Of a stretch of DNA of 64,000 nt, positions 1 to 15,272 are shown piece by piece. Where the stretch lies: the NCBI GenBank assembly GCA_051294375.1, contig CM119266.1, forward strand, positions 15,279,859 to 15,343,858, given 5' to 3'. This stretch comes from Paraspadella gotoi. Its lineage: Eukaryota > Animalia > Chaetognatha. Below the pieces are notes generated by a model, which worked only from the letters and a program-made list of their open reading frames with translations, ran no database searches and was not told the DNA's origin. A program made the translations under genes and the position numbers. The first letter of the stretch is position 1; each line of letters starts with the position of its first letter.

Positions 1-529
1 CTTACCCCATCACGATTCCGTATTCGTTCCCGCCGACGTTTCCTTTTTTTGTCTTGTCGGCCTCGTCGCCGTCGTCGTCGCCGTCNNNNNNNNNNTCGTC
101 GTCGCCGTCGTCGTCGCCATCCTCGGACTTGAAACGAGGCGACGCCGGTTTTTCTCTTTCTCGTCGACGCCGGAAGGTCACCGTCCCTCGGCGTCATCGA
201 CCCCGGCGCGCCCCAGTCTTCCGGTGGGCGCGGTTGACGAGCGGAAAGGTGTCGGCTTCGATTTTTCTCGACTACTAAAAATATTCAGACGACTAACCTA
301 AGTTTAGTTTATTTCTAAACTTTTATCAGACATTCCATTTTTCATTTCCGGTATTGATAAATTAAGAAGTGACCGCTCTCATTAATTCCATTATTTCCAT
401 ACACATTAATTTGAACAGGACCAACTTTTCCAAACACCCTTTACCTACCATCCTATGTACCCCATTTTCTCCTCTCTCCCCCCAGTCCCTCCCTTCTTAA
501 TTCCTTAATCCCATCCCATCTCGCCCGAT

Positions 530-957
530 TCTCAAGAACCCCGGGGGCTAAAGAAGGCGCTTCGACCAAATCCTGCCCCCCGGGCTGACCCCTTTGCCCC
601 TTTATTTTTCCTGGACTCTCCCCTCACCCCCTCTTTTCTCTTCTCTTCCCTCAAATTCCCCCCCCCCCTCCTTTTTTTGGCCTCCAAGGTTGATTCTCCA
701 GGTCGACGCGATTCTGACCCAAAACCCATCAACTCTCATTATCGTCGCCCGCGTTTTGTCTTCGCCGCCTTTCTCCGANNNNNNNNNNTGTATGAAATCG
801 ATTCATTCGTTTCGGGTCGAGTTTTTCTTTTCCTTGATTTTTTTTTCATCGTAAAGAGAAGAAAAAGAAGGGAAACTTACCAGAGCGCATCAAGAAAAAC
901 TTACCCAACCAAGAAAGAGTCACGTTTTTGCGAGCGGAGGAATTGGCGTAACCTATC

Positions 958-988
<31 letters not shown>

Positions 989-2560
989 NNNNNNNNNNNN
1001 NNNNNNNNNNNNNAAAGATGACTGCGGCTCTAAATATACAATTCCATTAATAAAAAATACGACACTTACCTAGCGAGTTTAAATTTGAACAGTTGATCTC
1101 TTTTTTTAATACTTTTTTCTTTCCAAACTACATTTCCTCTCTTATTCCTTACGCAATCTTCTATTGTCCACTCTTTCCGTAAATAAAGGACACAAAAATC
1201 CCAATAGTCCTCTCTTTTAAGCCCCGGGTATTATCAAAATCACTATATCAAACCAAACCATTGGGCTTCTTCCTTTCCCCCACTGTTTGCTTGGAATATT
1301 TTTAAAAAGAATCACTTAAATACGAGATCACTCATTTTTCCACAACGAATCTTCTGCTCCGATTTTCTCTAAGAATATCAATTAAAAAAGAAAATACAAT
1401 CGTTCGGGGGCTAAGTAGAATGGCGCGTTTCCGACCTGGCGACAAACTATTCCCTGGGCCCCGCCGGGCGCTTGACGACCGGTAACCTTTAGCCCCCTTT
1501 ATTTTTCACCCTGGGACCAACACTAGTTCCTCTACCCCGTCCCGCTCACACCCCTCTTTTCCTCCTTAAAACGCTTCTTTCCCCTTTTTCAAAAATCCCA
1601 CCCGCGCTGTTTGGCCGTCGCCCTTTGCTCCTTTTTTGGCCTCGATCAAGGTTTGATTCTCCCACTCCAGGTCGACCGCGCATTCTGACCCAACAAACGG
1701 CCATCAACTCCTCTTTATCTTTTTGTCGCCCGCGCAGCCGGCCTTTCTCCGATCTACCGTCTCTCCCGGCTTCTGTCTCATGCTTTTGGATTTATGTTAG
1801 AGGGATTTAAGAGACCGAGTAGAGATGTATGTAGGAGAAAAAGATTATGATGATTGTCCACGAGCCCTGGAATGAGAGATTGGAGGGAAAAAGAGAGTCA
1901 GGGCCAAGAAAACCAGAAAGAGAAGGTGTACCAGGCCGACCAGAGATGAAGGAGCAGCCAGGAGAGGGTAGAGTGTTTTTGACCGCCGGAGAGGGAGGGA
2001 AGGGAGACGAGACAGCCCAGAGGATAAGGGGACGGGGAGGAGATCTGGCTGCATGGCTGGGGAGGGTGGGAAAAACGAGCACAGAGACATAGAGCTAAGA
2101 GAAAGTCAGCCGGTAAGAGAGATGACCGGAGACGAGAGAGAAGAAGAGAGAAGAGAGGAGAGACGACGAAGAGAGAGAGAGATCAGATTAAAGTGAAGAA
2201 GAAAAAACGAAACCGGACCAGAAGGCCAAAGTGGAAGACATAAATCACACCCGCTCTAATATTTTCCTTCTCTTGTGTTTTTTTTTACCTCCAATCCAAA
2301 CAAAATGTATTGTATAACCTCGTATTCATAGTTTTCTGGCCCTCGAGTTCTTTCTTTTCCTTGATTTTTCTTTCTCAATCGTCAAAGAGAAGAAAATCAC
2401 ACATATCCGTCCGGAACTTACCTCAGCCGATCATCCCAAGCACATCAATTCACTTACCCATCACCAAAGTAAAGAGTCCACGTCTTTTTCGCGAGCCCGA
2501 GGAATTTGGCGTCAACATATTCGTCCCCCTTCTCTCTCTCTCTCTCTCTCTCCTCTCCTC
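530..2560 (+). repeat. Degenerate, insertion-rich direct duplication across a 25-N gap (~530-960 repeated in ~1400-1750 and ~2305-2530)
   Basis: ggcctccaaggttgattctccaggtcgacgcgattctgaccc (679) vs ggcctcgatcaaggtttgattctcccactccaggtcgaccgcgcattctgaccc (1638); 789-960 matches 2305-2530 with many inserted bases. Confidence 0.8.
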
Positions 2561-3166
2561 TCTCTCTCTCTTTCCTCTCTCTCCTTCTTCTCATCTTTCT
2601 TCTCTTCCTCTCTTCTCTCTCTTCTCTCTCTCTCTCTCTTGTCTTTTTGTCTTTTCTTTTTCCTCAAAATCTCCACCTCATTTTCTTTCCCACCATTTTT
2701 CTATATTTGCAATTACTTTGTGCTCGCCGCCCGAAAATCCCTTATTTCGCCAATTTTCCGGGTTTTTTTTCTTCCTCTTTTCCTCTTCGGCGCTCACCTT
2801 TTTTTCCCCTTTCCGCCGCCATCTTCCTCTTCTTCTTCATCTTCCGCCTCCTCTTCCTCCTCCTCCTTTACACTAGTTGTATTTCCGAAACGTAGTGTTC
2901 GATTTACGCGATAGATTTTTCTCTTTTTTTTCCCTCTCTTTCTTTCTCTCTCGCTCTCTCTCCCTCGTAGTTTTCTCCTTTCACCGTGAGACCCGTACAT
3001 TTTAATTCACAAAAACTTAAAATGAAAGGTTTGGTAACGTCAACCCTTCTTTAAAATGGTTACGCGAGCGTATTCTATGAATCGCTTCTCTTGTTTCATC
3101 GGAGGGACGAGAACGCGCGTGAGCGACGCAGCAGCCGCAGGGGACGACGACGAAACATCAATCGCT

Positions 3167-3197
<31 letters not shown>

Positions 3198-3268
3198 TGC
3201 TCTCTCTCTCTCCTCTCTCTCTCTCTTCTCCTCTCTCTCTCTTCCTCTCTTCTTACTCTCCGTCTCTT

Positions 3269-3302
<34 letters not shown>

Positions 3303-3685
3303 CTCTTCTTCTCTCTCTCTCTCATAAAAAGAGGAAGAGAGCTCCTTTTAGTCCGAACGAACGTACGCACATACGAACGAAGATGAGAAAGAAAAAAGAA
3401 ACAGATTTTAACTACTACTCAATGAGGGACACACGAATAAGTGATTTCAATTACATTTGATCGAATGAATTATACATTTACATATTAAATCAAGTTGCTT
3501 TTCGTTCGATTGATTGTTTGATCGAATATCGAATGCCAGCTCGGTTCCACAAAGCTTGTAGACAAATTTGAAACCAAATAAAATATCAAATGATCGCTTT
3601 CATTATTAGTTCACCAATGACTTTAAAATTTCAATCTTGGTATGAACAAACTCAATATAACTATCTCTTCCCCTTTGTCCTTCAG

Positions 3686-3994
3686 GCGGATCGAGCGGCG
3701 AGGAATCTCGGTCCGGGTCGGCGGAGTTCAGTCAGCAGCAGCACGCCGCCGCTCTGGCGCAGGCGCAAGCGGCGGCGATGGCGGCGGCGGCGGCCGCGGG
3801 TCTCGTCCCGCCGGCGTTCCTCGACATGCTGCCGGGCATCGCGCCACCGCCCACCGACTCCGCCAATTCCCGCGACGCCGGCGCCGACGCGACGACGCCG
3901 CCAAATCTCAACCCGGCGTTCTTCTCGCAGTCAATGTTCAGCGCCATGCCCGCCACGGCGGCGGCGGCTATTATGACCCCGGGACTTTTTCCAG
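3686..3994 (+). CDS. Isolated 309-nt internal coding exon (phase 1-1), Ala/Gln/Pro-rich; probably an upstream exon of the ZFHX-like gene
   Basis: GC-rich open frame GGSSGEESRSGSAEFSQQQHAAALAQAQAAAMAAAAAAGLVPPAFLDMLPG...MTPGLFP between acceptor ccttcag| and donor |gtgagt. Its phase-1 end is compatible with the phase-1 start of the exon at 20662. Confidence 0.6.
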
Positions 3995-4230
3995 GTGAGT
4001 TTTTTTTCTTTCTTATCTTTTTTTCTTTCTGTGTCACTTTCTTTCTTTTTTTTTCTCTGGTTTCTTTCTTTCTTGTTTAAATTATTTTTTTTCTTTAGTC
4101 GCTCTTGATATGAAACAAAAAATAATGAAGAAATATTCATGAAATTTTGTTAAAAGCCCCCAAAAAAGAATTCGTTTCGTGTCCGCCAAGTTCTCTCTAA
4201 TTTGCATACGTAGAATGTTCTCGCTGAGAG

Positions 4231-4267
<37 letters not shown>

Positions 4268-4270
4268 AGA

Positions 4271-4308
<38 letters not shown>

Positions 4309-5385
4309 AAACGAGGCGAGAGAGCGCAGGGTACAAAGATTTAGTCCCCGCCTCCTCGTCCTCATCCTTCCCTTAACTCCGGTGCATCGTCGCTGGTTCG
4401 CATAAATTTCCATACAAATTGCAAAATTTCGCTTTCGTTGTCGCCGTCGTTGTCGTCGTTGTCGTTTCGTCATCGTCTTCATCTCCCCTCTTCTGTTTTT
4501 TCACGCCGAGCGCCAGAGTTTATCATTAGTCGGGTTGTTCTTAAGCGCGGCCGTGAACCCTCCCCTCTTTTCTCGCGACTCCCACCCCCTTTCTTACGAG
4601 GGCGAAAGATGAACGAGTTTTTTAGAGTCGCGTAAAAACCTGTTCTTTAATCGTAGCAATAAAGAAAAATTCGTTACTGAACTCGGCGCGATGTTGTAGA
4701 AGAAGAGGGGAGCGAGGAAGGTTGTAAGGATGTGACTCTTTCGTCTCTTTCCTTTCCCCTTCTTTTTGCATCGAAACATTCAAGGTTTGAATGAATAAAT
4801 AAATACGAATAAAAGAAAAAAACCTTTGTTAGGTTATTTAAAACTTTTGATAACTTTTACGATTTTTTTCATCTTTTGGAAAAGTTTAATACTAAAAAAA
4901 AAGAGAAAAAAATTGTATGGTATATGTATAGTACTTTAGACACGTCAACTAGAAAATGAAATGGTAGAAATCTCAGTGTGAGAATGAAATAGTAAATTTT
5001 CCCAAAAACTTTTTTGGTGGGTATGAGGGAGCTTAAAAGATTGAAGGATAGATAAAAAGATAGAAAGATAGACGGACAATTAAAAGTCTCAATCGGCGAA
5101 AAGTCGCCAGAAAAGATGTTGTCATTTAAAAGAGAAAATAAAAGTTCAGTAACTCTTTTTGCGCCGATCAGCGATGATTACGTAACTTCGTTCGTTTGTA
5201 TACATTATATATATTATCGTATGGGAATAGTTTTAAAGTCGGGGGAGGATTGAAATTCAAAATCATCGTCGTCGTCTTCGCTTTTTCTTTTTTTTTGAAT
5301 TAAATAAAGTACGAAAGCCGTTATGAGAGATGCATCCTTCTTTCGTTTTCATATGATAACGACACAGTAATAAAAAAATAATTTA

Positions 5386-7112
5386 CTAATATAATCGGGA
5401 ATGAGGGCAAATGGAAAGAGAATTTGCTAATCTCTTATCAGTGATCGCGCCCGACCAAACCGTGGTCCGCTTTGCCCGACGGCTCCTGGAAAGAGAGTTG
5501 CCTGGCGGGCGAGTGAGAGAGGGCGGCGGCGGCGAGGGCGAGGAGGCGGCGACGCGAGCGGCGGCGTTGGCGGCGGCGCCGGTGGCGGCGGTGGCGGGCC
5601 GCAATACGGGCGACGCCTGCGAGGAGTGACTCGAGTTCGGAGTGACGCAGTTGGAGTTGGAGGACGAGACGAGGAAGTGGGAGGGGTTGACCGCCAGAAT
5701 GTTGCCCGATACCGAGGACGGGCTGTAAGGGGGGCGAGAGGTAACGGGACGGAGAGGGGAAAGAGATAGAAAAGGGGTAATTTTAAAAACTCGAGTTAGT
5801 ATTTATCAGCCATAATCCCATTTATTTATTTATTTATTAATTTTTTATTTAATTTTTATATTTATTTTTAATTGTCACATTTATTTCTTTATATGGGATT
5901 TATAATTATTACTTTTATTTATTTATATATTATATATTTTGTACCAAGGATTCCTCTTCTCCCACAAACTCACCTCGGCGAATCGGCAACCGGGTGCCCT
6001 GCTCTCCCATCGGGTGCCCGGCCTCTCCCGGCGATGCCCGGCATCGACAACCCATCATCCTTTGGCCGTGATGTGATGATGATGCATCTGTCCACCGCCG
6101 ACGCTGCCCTCCAGCGGCGACGAGCGGTCGTTGCTGTAGTCGTTGACCGGCGTCACCGGCGTTGCGGCCGATGGGTGATGGTCGGGCGGCGCCAGAGTCG
6201 TTACCGCGCGTCGACGAGGACGTCGACGACGCCGGCGCCGCGGAGGACTTGGCGCCGCCGCGGCTTCCGGCGCCGGCGGCGCGGGCGTGCCCGTCCGATT
6301 CGCAGTGAAAGGCGAACTCGGACTGAGTGGAGAAGGCGTCGGCGCAGACGGAGCAGCGGTACTGCAGCTGCTCCAGCTTGGGGATTCGGTCGAAGAGAGG
6401 ATCGGAGTCGGGGGTGGCTGAAAATGGGGGAGGAGGAACATCGTACATCGTGGCTTATGTGTTTTGTGCAACCGAAATAACCTTTTCTATGAAAATTGCA
6501 AAACTACTACTAACTTTAACGATTAGTTTTATTTTATTTTGTAATATTATGACGGAGGATACAATACAAGGTTAAAAATACTTTCCGGCGTAGATTTATA
6601 ATTAGATATCAATCTTTCTTTTGTTTCTGCATCAATTCCATTGCCTACATTTTCTTTCATTTCTCCTCGGTTTTCGTGATTTTCCTTTCCCTCCTTCTCA
6701 CCTTTATCCTTGTCACCGTAGCACGAGGTCTTCACGTGATGCTCACACTGATCGCGTCCAGGATAGACCATGTGACATTTGCGACAGATGTAACCCACGT
6801 CGACCATGTGCTCGGCGGCGACGACGAAATCGGAGGCTGACACGCAGTCTTTGAGATCAGCGAACTCCTAATGATTCGAAAATCAAACAATCAATTGAAT
6901 AAAAAGTTAATTTTTTAATTTTGATTAATTTCTTTTTTTTCTCCAATCTCTTTCGAATCGATCAGCGTTTAATGAATGACAGAAACTATCATTAAAAAAA
7001 ATGAATATTTCAATCGATCAATCACTCACTTTGCAGTCCTGCGTGTAGTAGGCGCATTTGCTTCCCAAATCGAGAGTTTCTTTGAGACGCACTTGATGGC
7101 CTCCTGAGGAAT
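5386..7112 (-). CDS. ZFHX: 3' exons of a ZFHX/zfh2-like zinc-finger transcription factor, copy 1 (exons ~7112-7030, 6867-6702, 6417-5974, 5722-5386)
   Basis: Spliced translation gives DVGYICRKCHMVYPGRDQCEHHVKTSCY and KLEQLQYRCSVCADAFSTQSEFAFHCESDGH, resembling the two C-terminal zinc fingers of ZFHX3/4/zfh2. Junctions are canonical GT-AG. A few 1-bp indels disturb the frame. Confidence 0.65.
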
Positions 7113-7348
7113 CTGAAGCAGAGCCAGAGGCGTGCCGTGGATGGTGGGGTCGAAGGGGATCAAGCCTGGTCAGATGAGGGTGGGGACGGGGTCAAGTCAC
7201 TCATTATAATTTTTTGCTTGAAAAAGATAATATGATTTTGGCTCTACATTAAAATAAATTTTTTTGGGGTAAAATCGAGAGATTGCTCATAAAGTTTTTA
7301 GAAAGAGAATTATCGTATTTTAAAAATGTTCTCTCTGTTTTTTTTTTT

Positions 7349-7380
<32 letters not shown>

Positions 7381-8737
7381 TTTTCTTCTTCTTTCTTTCT
7401 TTCTTTCTTTTTTTTTCTTTTTTTCTTTCTTTTTTTTTTTTTTCTTTTTTTCTTTCTTTTTTCCTTTTCCCTCTCTATCTTTCGCTGAAAGGAGGTTAAA
7501 ACGAGAAATAAAGAGGGTGAAAAAGAGTGGTAAGTCTTGGCGTGGGGGTGTGCGCGAGGGCCGGAGGGGCGTTGAGTTTATTGCTTCATTTCTACGTCAT
7601 CGTGAGTGACGGAAGAAGGAAATAAAAAGAAAAGAAAAGAAAAGAAAAAAAGAAAGGCTGGCCGAGGCGAAACGGGGTCGAGGGGGCGCGACACAAGGAG
7701 GAAGAGGAGGAAGAGGAGGGGAAGAGGATGAGGAGAAAAAGGAGAAAATGAGGCCGAGGAGAAAGCGGAAGCATGAGGAGAAAGTTTTATGAGACCGAAG
7801 GCCAAAGCAGTCGAGGGGGAAAAATAGTAAAAAGTAAAGAAAAAGTTCTCGGCCGACGAACCACCAAAGACGGGCATCAGTAAATACTCGCAGTAATACT
7901 CCAAAGTTTTTACACGACTTTATGCTCGCTTTCACTTCGGGCGGCTTTGGAGTTTGTTCTCTTCTTTTAAGTAAAGACTTTGTTTGCGAAAACGAAAGTA
8001 TATCGCATAAAAATGGACAACAAAAGAGAAAATAGCGAAAGAAAAAAAAAATAAAGGGAAGGGATTAGGAAAGGGAAGCCGTTGAAAGGTGAATGGGGGC
8101 GAGTAACGGGGCGGGTGGGTTCTAAGCGGGGAAGGGGGTTCTGCCCGGTGGGGAGCCGGGTTTCGTAGTAGCGGCCGGAATCGGTTCCGGCTGCATCGGC
8201 ATTGACGGGGATCAAAACGGCCAAAAAGAAAACCCTCGCGGCGGTCGGACTCGAAATCCCCGCTCCGAAATTCTCGGTCGTCGAGGGATTTTGAAGCCGG
8301 AAATGCGAAGGGCGGAGTCGCGCGGAAGAGTGGGGGTGGGAAAGATGGGAGAGAAGGGGGCGTGGCCCTCGGTAGTACGCGTCGGTCGTAAAAACGTCGG
8401 TAGTTAGAAGAGCGTAGAAGGCGAAGGAAAAATACCATCATTTACGGAAAGATAGAAGGAAAGAAAGCAATAGATATTGGACTTATGACTTATGAGCTTA
8501 TGAGCCAGTTTACAAGTTTCGTTATGTTAAAACGAACGTTTAACGACGATCACCATCTTTGTCTTTCCATTTTTTTTATCTTTCGCAAACCATTTGCATA
8601 AAGTTAATAGTTAAAAATTCGATGGGAAAAGTTAATTGGAAATATGTTAGTAATTTTTAGTTGATTAACAAAGGAAAAATTGTTTTTATCGAATAAAGAA
8701 TAATAAACTTTATAGCAACCAACATAATGGATATATT

Positions 8738-8850
<113 letters not shown>

Positions 8851-9537
8851 ATTGGTTCCAGCGTGACAAAGACTGTCACGTTGACGAAGACGCCACGGAC
8901 GCGTCAACGTCACCGAAAAACGGGAAGAGGATGGAACCGAACGGTTAAGGATCCCGTTTTTACGCGCCGCAAAATTTTCGTCGTCGTCATCTCGATTTTT
9001 GTTATCGAGTACGAAGGATCTGTCAATAACCCGCGCAGGATAGACGCCGGCGACGTCAACCTCGCCCAACCTAGCGCCCTCTGCTTCTCCCACATCTCCC
9101 ACTCTCCCTTCCCCGTCGTCGCAATTCTCGGCGGCGGCGGGCATCGGGCAGCGGTTTCATGAAAGAGAAGAGGGGGGGCGGAAATAAGAGCGAAGGGGGT
9201 TAATGCCCAAGAATTAAAATTCCTCACGTCAAGGAAAAAAAAATTGAACGTGGATTTTCCGAGTTTCGATGGTGAAAGACTCAAAGACAGAGGTTGAGGT
9301 CGAGAGGCAGTTGCGAAATAAGGGAGAGATTCATTGCATATTTCGTTCGTATTTAGATTAAAAAAATGATTTTTAGATAACATATCGTTATAAACTATTA
9401 CTAATTAGTATTGTATTAGAGCCGGAAAATAAGACGATGCCTGTGGCAATGGTTTTGTAGGAGGCGGCGATCGCGAAATTGACCGAGAAAGTGAACCAGA
9501 GTCGGACGTCAACTCAAAAACTCCTTTTCTTCGTTTG

Positions 9538-9571
<34 letters not shown>

Positions 9572-9875
9572 CAGACCAGACCGCCCTACCCCAACTCCTT
9601 CCGCCCAAAACTCATTCCTTCACCGTCAGCCGTCGCCCTTCAGAGGCAGGTAGGGGCGGTGAAAAACGGGTGGCTCGTCCAAGGCCGAGATCACTTTCAC
9701 TCTCTCACAAAAAATTTTATTTAACTTTATTCGCTTTTATGCTCTCTCTCTCTCGCGCTCGCTCTTTCTCCCTCTTTCGTTTCGATAAACGAAATATTTC
9801 TGAATGAAACTTCATCTCGAAATCCACGGGCGTTCAACTGAGGCGAATGAATAAGAAAAACGTTAACGGTTTTTG

Positions 9876-9965
<90 letters not shown>

Positions 9966-10303
9966 TGAGAGAGAGAGAGAGGAGAAATAAATCTAGTTTT
10001 TTAGTCGATTTTATGATTTTTTATTCGTTATTTTCAAGACGTTAAGTATTCGTGGCTGGACTCCCGCTAAATTCGAAATTGCATCGCCGATATTTTTTTC
10101 CGCTGGATCTGGCGTTTTATTTTTGGTCGCGAAGTTTGACGAGAATAGAAAATGGGGGGGGGCGGCAGAGGGGGGCGGCTCAAGGAAAAATCGTGGAAAC
10201 CGATAGAAACGAAGCGATTATGTGGGCTCAATCATTCCTTGGATATTATACTTTCTCTCTCACTTCCTCTCTCTCTTTCTTTCTCTCTCTCTCTCTCTCT
10301 CTC

Positions 10304-10366
<63 letters not shown>

Positions 10367-11941
10367 CTCTCTCTCTCTTCTCTCTCTCTCTCTCTCTCTT
10401 CTCTCCTCTCTCTCTGAAAGTTTGATGCAAGCAGCAGGTGCGACTTCGTCTTAGTGCCGGCTAAAAACCAAGCATTTGACTATCGACGACGCACGACGAC
10501 AACAAAGCGGGAATCTCGTACACAATACCGCCGCGATAATCGCCGCATTTTTGATCGCCCCACGCCGCCACCCCCCCTCCCAGGCGTGATCCCTCTCCGC
10601 CCTCCCAAATTCACCCGCCCTCCGGATGTTCGGACCCGGATGCAGCTGCTGACTCCGCAGATTGGAATCGAGCGCCGAGAAGAATTTGGCATTTTGATTT
10701 AAGCTTTTCCTTCGCCGTAAACAGAAAGGGGAAAAGGTTCAACTTTACCCCGTCGCCGCCGCCGACGCCGCCGACGCCGCTCAACCGCCGTAGCCGCCGC
10801 CGACCCGCCCGCCATCGCCGCCGGAGATGAGAGGCGAATAAAAGCCACGAAGGAATCGAGTTGCTTACTCTCTCCGCCGCGAGGAAAACTCGGTAATAAA
10901 ATTGTAACAGCTTGTAACCGTCGGCAACAACGACAATTGTTTATTGTAGCTTGGGTAGCATATTTTACATATTCTCCACCGAAAAAATACACAGCGCACA
11001 CGTTTGCGATTTTGCTTAGTCGCTCACGAAATATAATTATTTAGCGGCAGATGCGGTGGCCGCAGCGGCGGAGGCGGCGGAAGAGACACACCCAAATATT
11101 TTGCTGCAGGGTGTAACGCGAGGAAGATGCGGAAAAAATCTCATTAACTCTATTTTGGTCCTCGTCGTTATCGTCGTTATCGTCGTCGTAGTCGTATAAT
11201 CCCCTTCAACTCGTCACAAAATTAGGCGCGATTTCGATGCTAATAATAATTCGTCGCATCTGAAGGCGGAGCCGGGGAGAGAGAGAGAGGCGCTACATCC
11301 GGGAGAGAGAAGCGCCGAAATCGGACGAGACGCGACAGATGACGCCGGGAGATGGAAGACGACGCCGGGGCGGTTGGCGGAGGGAAATGCCGATAGAGAC
11401 ATCAGGACGATTGCCGGGACAAATACTGGTAAGTATTTCGGTAGAGGTAGGAGAAAAGGGGCCTTCTTAGCACGGTCACCAAATATGACAAATGAAGAAA
11501 ATAAAAAAATATTTTAAACTTAAAATAGAGCGAGGCAAAGCAAAATTATGAGAGTGGGAAACGTGACGAGTTTTTAAATAAAATTGATTGCGAAGCGGTG
11601 AAAAATAAGAGTTTCGTTGTCAGCGCAAGAATAAAGAAAATCCACAGTCGCACCCCTAACCCGCTCTCTCTACCCCAGGCCCTTGGGGCTTGTTTTCAAC
11701 ACGCCGACACATGCAAGCTGCAACGAAGACGACGACGCGACGACGACGGAGAAAATTTCAATCTAAAACTTTAACGAGGTTTCAATCAAAGACGCGGAGG
11801 CTTTATGAATTTCATCTCATAAGAGGCTGATATGCGAAAGAGCTTGATTTAAAAAGCAAAGTTGCGGAAGTTTTCAGACCCCGAAAAAAAGAGGGGGATG
11901 ACAGAGTGAGGGAGAGAGAGAGAGTGGAGGGAGGAGGGAGG

Positions 11942-11973
<32 letters not shown>

Positions 11974-11986
11974 AGAGAGAGAGAGA

Positions 11987-12045
<59 letters not shown>

Positions 12046-12310
12046 AAATATAACGAGACTAAAAAAGGTCGCCTTTATGTATGAGGACAAAAAAAGGGAG
12101 GCGTGGGAGGGAAAAATTATTAATTTTTTTGTTTATTTATTAAATTTTTCGTTTATTTATTAATTTTAGAAATATTTTTGCGTTAGGTAAGTTCCCCCTC
12201 CGCATATCCTCCATGCGATGAGGAAATTAAAATTAATTTATCTTTCTAAATTTATTCTTTGCGTCGCATTTTTGGTGGGAAACGAGGAAGAAAGAAAATA
12301 AGAAAGAAGG

Positions 12311-12395
<85 letters not shown>

Positions 12396-14739
12396 AGAGC
12401 TTCAAGTCAACTCCTTCATGATTAGTTCCATTAGCATAGAAAACGAATCCCAAAAAAATTCTAATTGCGTCCGCTCGCTCTAAAAATCTAAAAAGAAAGG
12501 AAAAAAAAAAAACTGGCGCAGCTTTTTCGCTACGTAGCGCCTTGCAGACGACGCGCGGAGCGCGGATCGGGCGGATTCCCTGGGAATTACCCTCGCGCGA
12601 CGCGCCTGCCTTGTTAAACCCTTTAACGCTGAAGAAATGGGGATGATGAAGGGGGTGGGGGGAACAAAGATCCTCGCTTAGGAGGGAGAGGGGTGNNNNN
12701 NNNNNNNNNNNNNNNNNNNNTCTTATTTTTCTTTCTTCCTCGTTTCCCACCAAAAATGCGACGCAAAGAATAAATTTAGAAAGATTAAATTAATTTTAAT
12801 TTCCTCATCGCATGGAGGATATGCGGAGGGGGGAACTTACCTAACGCAAAATATTTCTAAAATTAATAAATAAACGAAAAATTTAATAAATAAACAAAAA
12901 AATTAATAATTTTTCCCGTCCCACGCCTCCCTTTTTTTGTCCTCATACATAAAGGCGACCTTTTTAGTCTCGTTATATTTTCCTTCTCTCTCTCTCTCTC
13001 TCTCTCTCTCACCGATCTCGCATCTACAGGTGCCCAGATCTGTCCTCTGCTCTCTCTCTCTCTATTCTCTCCTCTCCTCGTCTCTCTGCTCTTTCGTGCC
13101 TCCATCATCTCTCTCTCATCTCATCTGCTCATCTCTCTCGTTCCTTCTCTTCTATCTCTCTATGTCTTCCCCTCCCTCGCAACTCCCTCCGCTCCCTCCA
13201 CTCATCTCCTCCTCGGCCTCCACTCTGTCATCCCCCTCTTTTTTCGGGGTCTGAAAACTTTCCGCAACTTTGCTTTTTAAATCAAGCTCTTTCGCCATTC
13301 AGCCTCTTATGAGATGAAATTCATAAAGCCTCCGCGTCTTTGATTGAAACCTCGTTAAAGTTTTAAGATTGAAATTTTTCTCCGTCGTCGTCGCGTCGTC
13401 GTCTTCGTTGCAGCTTGCATGTGTCGGCGTGTTGAAAACAAGCCCCAAGGGCCTGGGGGTAGAGAGAGCGGGTTAGGGGTGCGACTGTGGAATTTTCTTT
13501 ATTCTTGCGCTGACAACGAAACTCTTATTTTTCACCGCTTCGCCAATCAATTTTATTTAAAAACTCGTTCACGTTTCCCACTCTCATAATTTTGCTTTGC
13601 CTCGCTCTATTTTTAAGTTTAAAATATTTTTTTATTTTCTTCATTTGTCATATTTGGTGACCGTGCTAAGAAGGCCCCTTTTCTCCCTACCTCTACCGAA
13701 ATACTTACCAGTATTTGTCCCGGCAATCGTCCTGATGTTCTCTATCGGCATTTCCCTCCGCCAACCGCCCCGGCGTCGTCTTCCATCTCCCGGCGTCATC
13801 TGTCGGCGTCTCGTTCCGATTTCGGCGCTTCTCTCTCCCGGGTGTAGCGCCTCTCTCTCTCTCCCCCGGCTCCGCCTTCAGATGCGACGAATTATTATTA
13901 GCATCGAAATCGCGCCTAATTTTGTGACGAGTTGAAGGGGATTATACGACTACGACGACGATAACGACGATAACGACGAGGACCAAAATAGAGTTAATGA
14001 GATTTTTTCCGCATCTTCCTCGCGTTACACCCTGCAGCAAAATATTTGGGTGTGTCTCTTCCGCCGCCTCCGCCGCTGCGGCCACCGCATCTGCCGCTAA
14101 ATAATTATATTTCGTGAGCGACTAAGCAAAATCGCAAACGTGTGCGCTGTGTATTTTTTCGGTGGAGAATATGTAAAATATGCTCACCCAAGCTACAATA
14201 AACAATTGTCGTTGTTGCCGACGGTTACAAGCTGTTACAATTTTATTACCGAGTTTTCCTCGCGGCGGAGAGAGTAAGCAACTCGATTCCTTCGTGGCCT
14301 TTTATTCGCCTCTCATCTCCGGCGGCGATGGCGGGCGGGTCGGCGGCGGCTACGGCGGTTGAGGCGGCGTCGGCGGCGTCGGCGGCGGCGACGGGGTTAA
14401 AGTTGAACCTTTTCCCCTTTCTTGTTTACGGCGAAGGAAAAGCTTAAATCAAAATGCCAAATTCTTCTCGGCGCTCGATTCCAATCTGCGGAGTCAGCAG
14501 CTGCATCCGGGTCCGAACATCCGGAGGGCGGGTGAATTTGGGAGGGCGGAGAGGGATCACGCCTCGGGAGGGGGGGTGGCGGCGTGGGGCGATCAAAAAT
14601 GGCGGCGATTATCGCGGCGGTATTGTGTACGAGATTCCCGCTTTTTGCGTGGCGTTCGTCGATAGTCAAATGCTTGGTTTTTAGCCGGCACTAAGACGAA
14701 GTCGCACCTGCTGCTTGCATCAAACTTTCAGAGAGAGAG

Positions 14740-14863
<124 letters not shown>

Positions 14864-15177
14864 AAGAGAGAGAGGAAGTGAGAGAGAAAGTATAATATCC
14901 AAGGAATGATTGAGCCCACATAATCGCTTCGTTTCTATCGGTTTCCACGATTTTTCCTTGAGCCGCCCCCTCTGCCGCCCCCCCCCATTTTCTATTCTCG
15001 TCAAACTTCGCGACCAAAAATAAAACGCCAGATCCAGCGGAAAAAAAATACTCGGCGATGCAATTTCGAATTTAGCGGGAGTCCAGCCACGAATACTTAA
15101 CGTCTTGAAAATAACGAATAAAAAATCATAAAATCGACTAAAAAACTAGATTTATTTCTCCTCTCTCTCTCTCTCTC

Positions 15178-15272
<95 letters not shown>

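Noticed and set aside
2310-3460. Long ORFs with SLSLSL/RERERE translations (also ~8600-10450, 14700-15000, 49266-55559)
   Set aside because: Translations of GA/CT and GAAA microsatellites, not genes.
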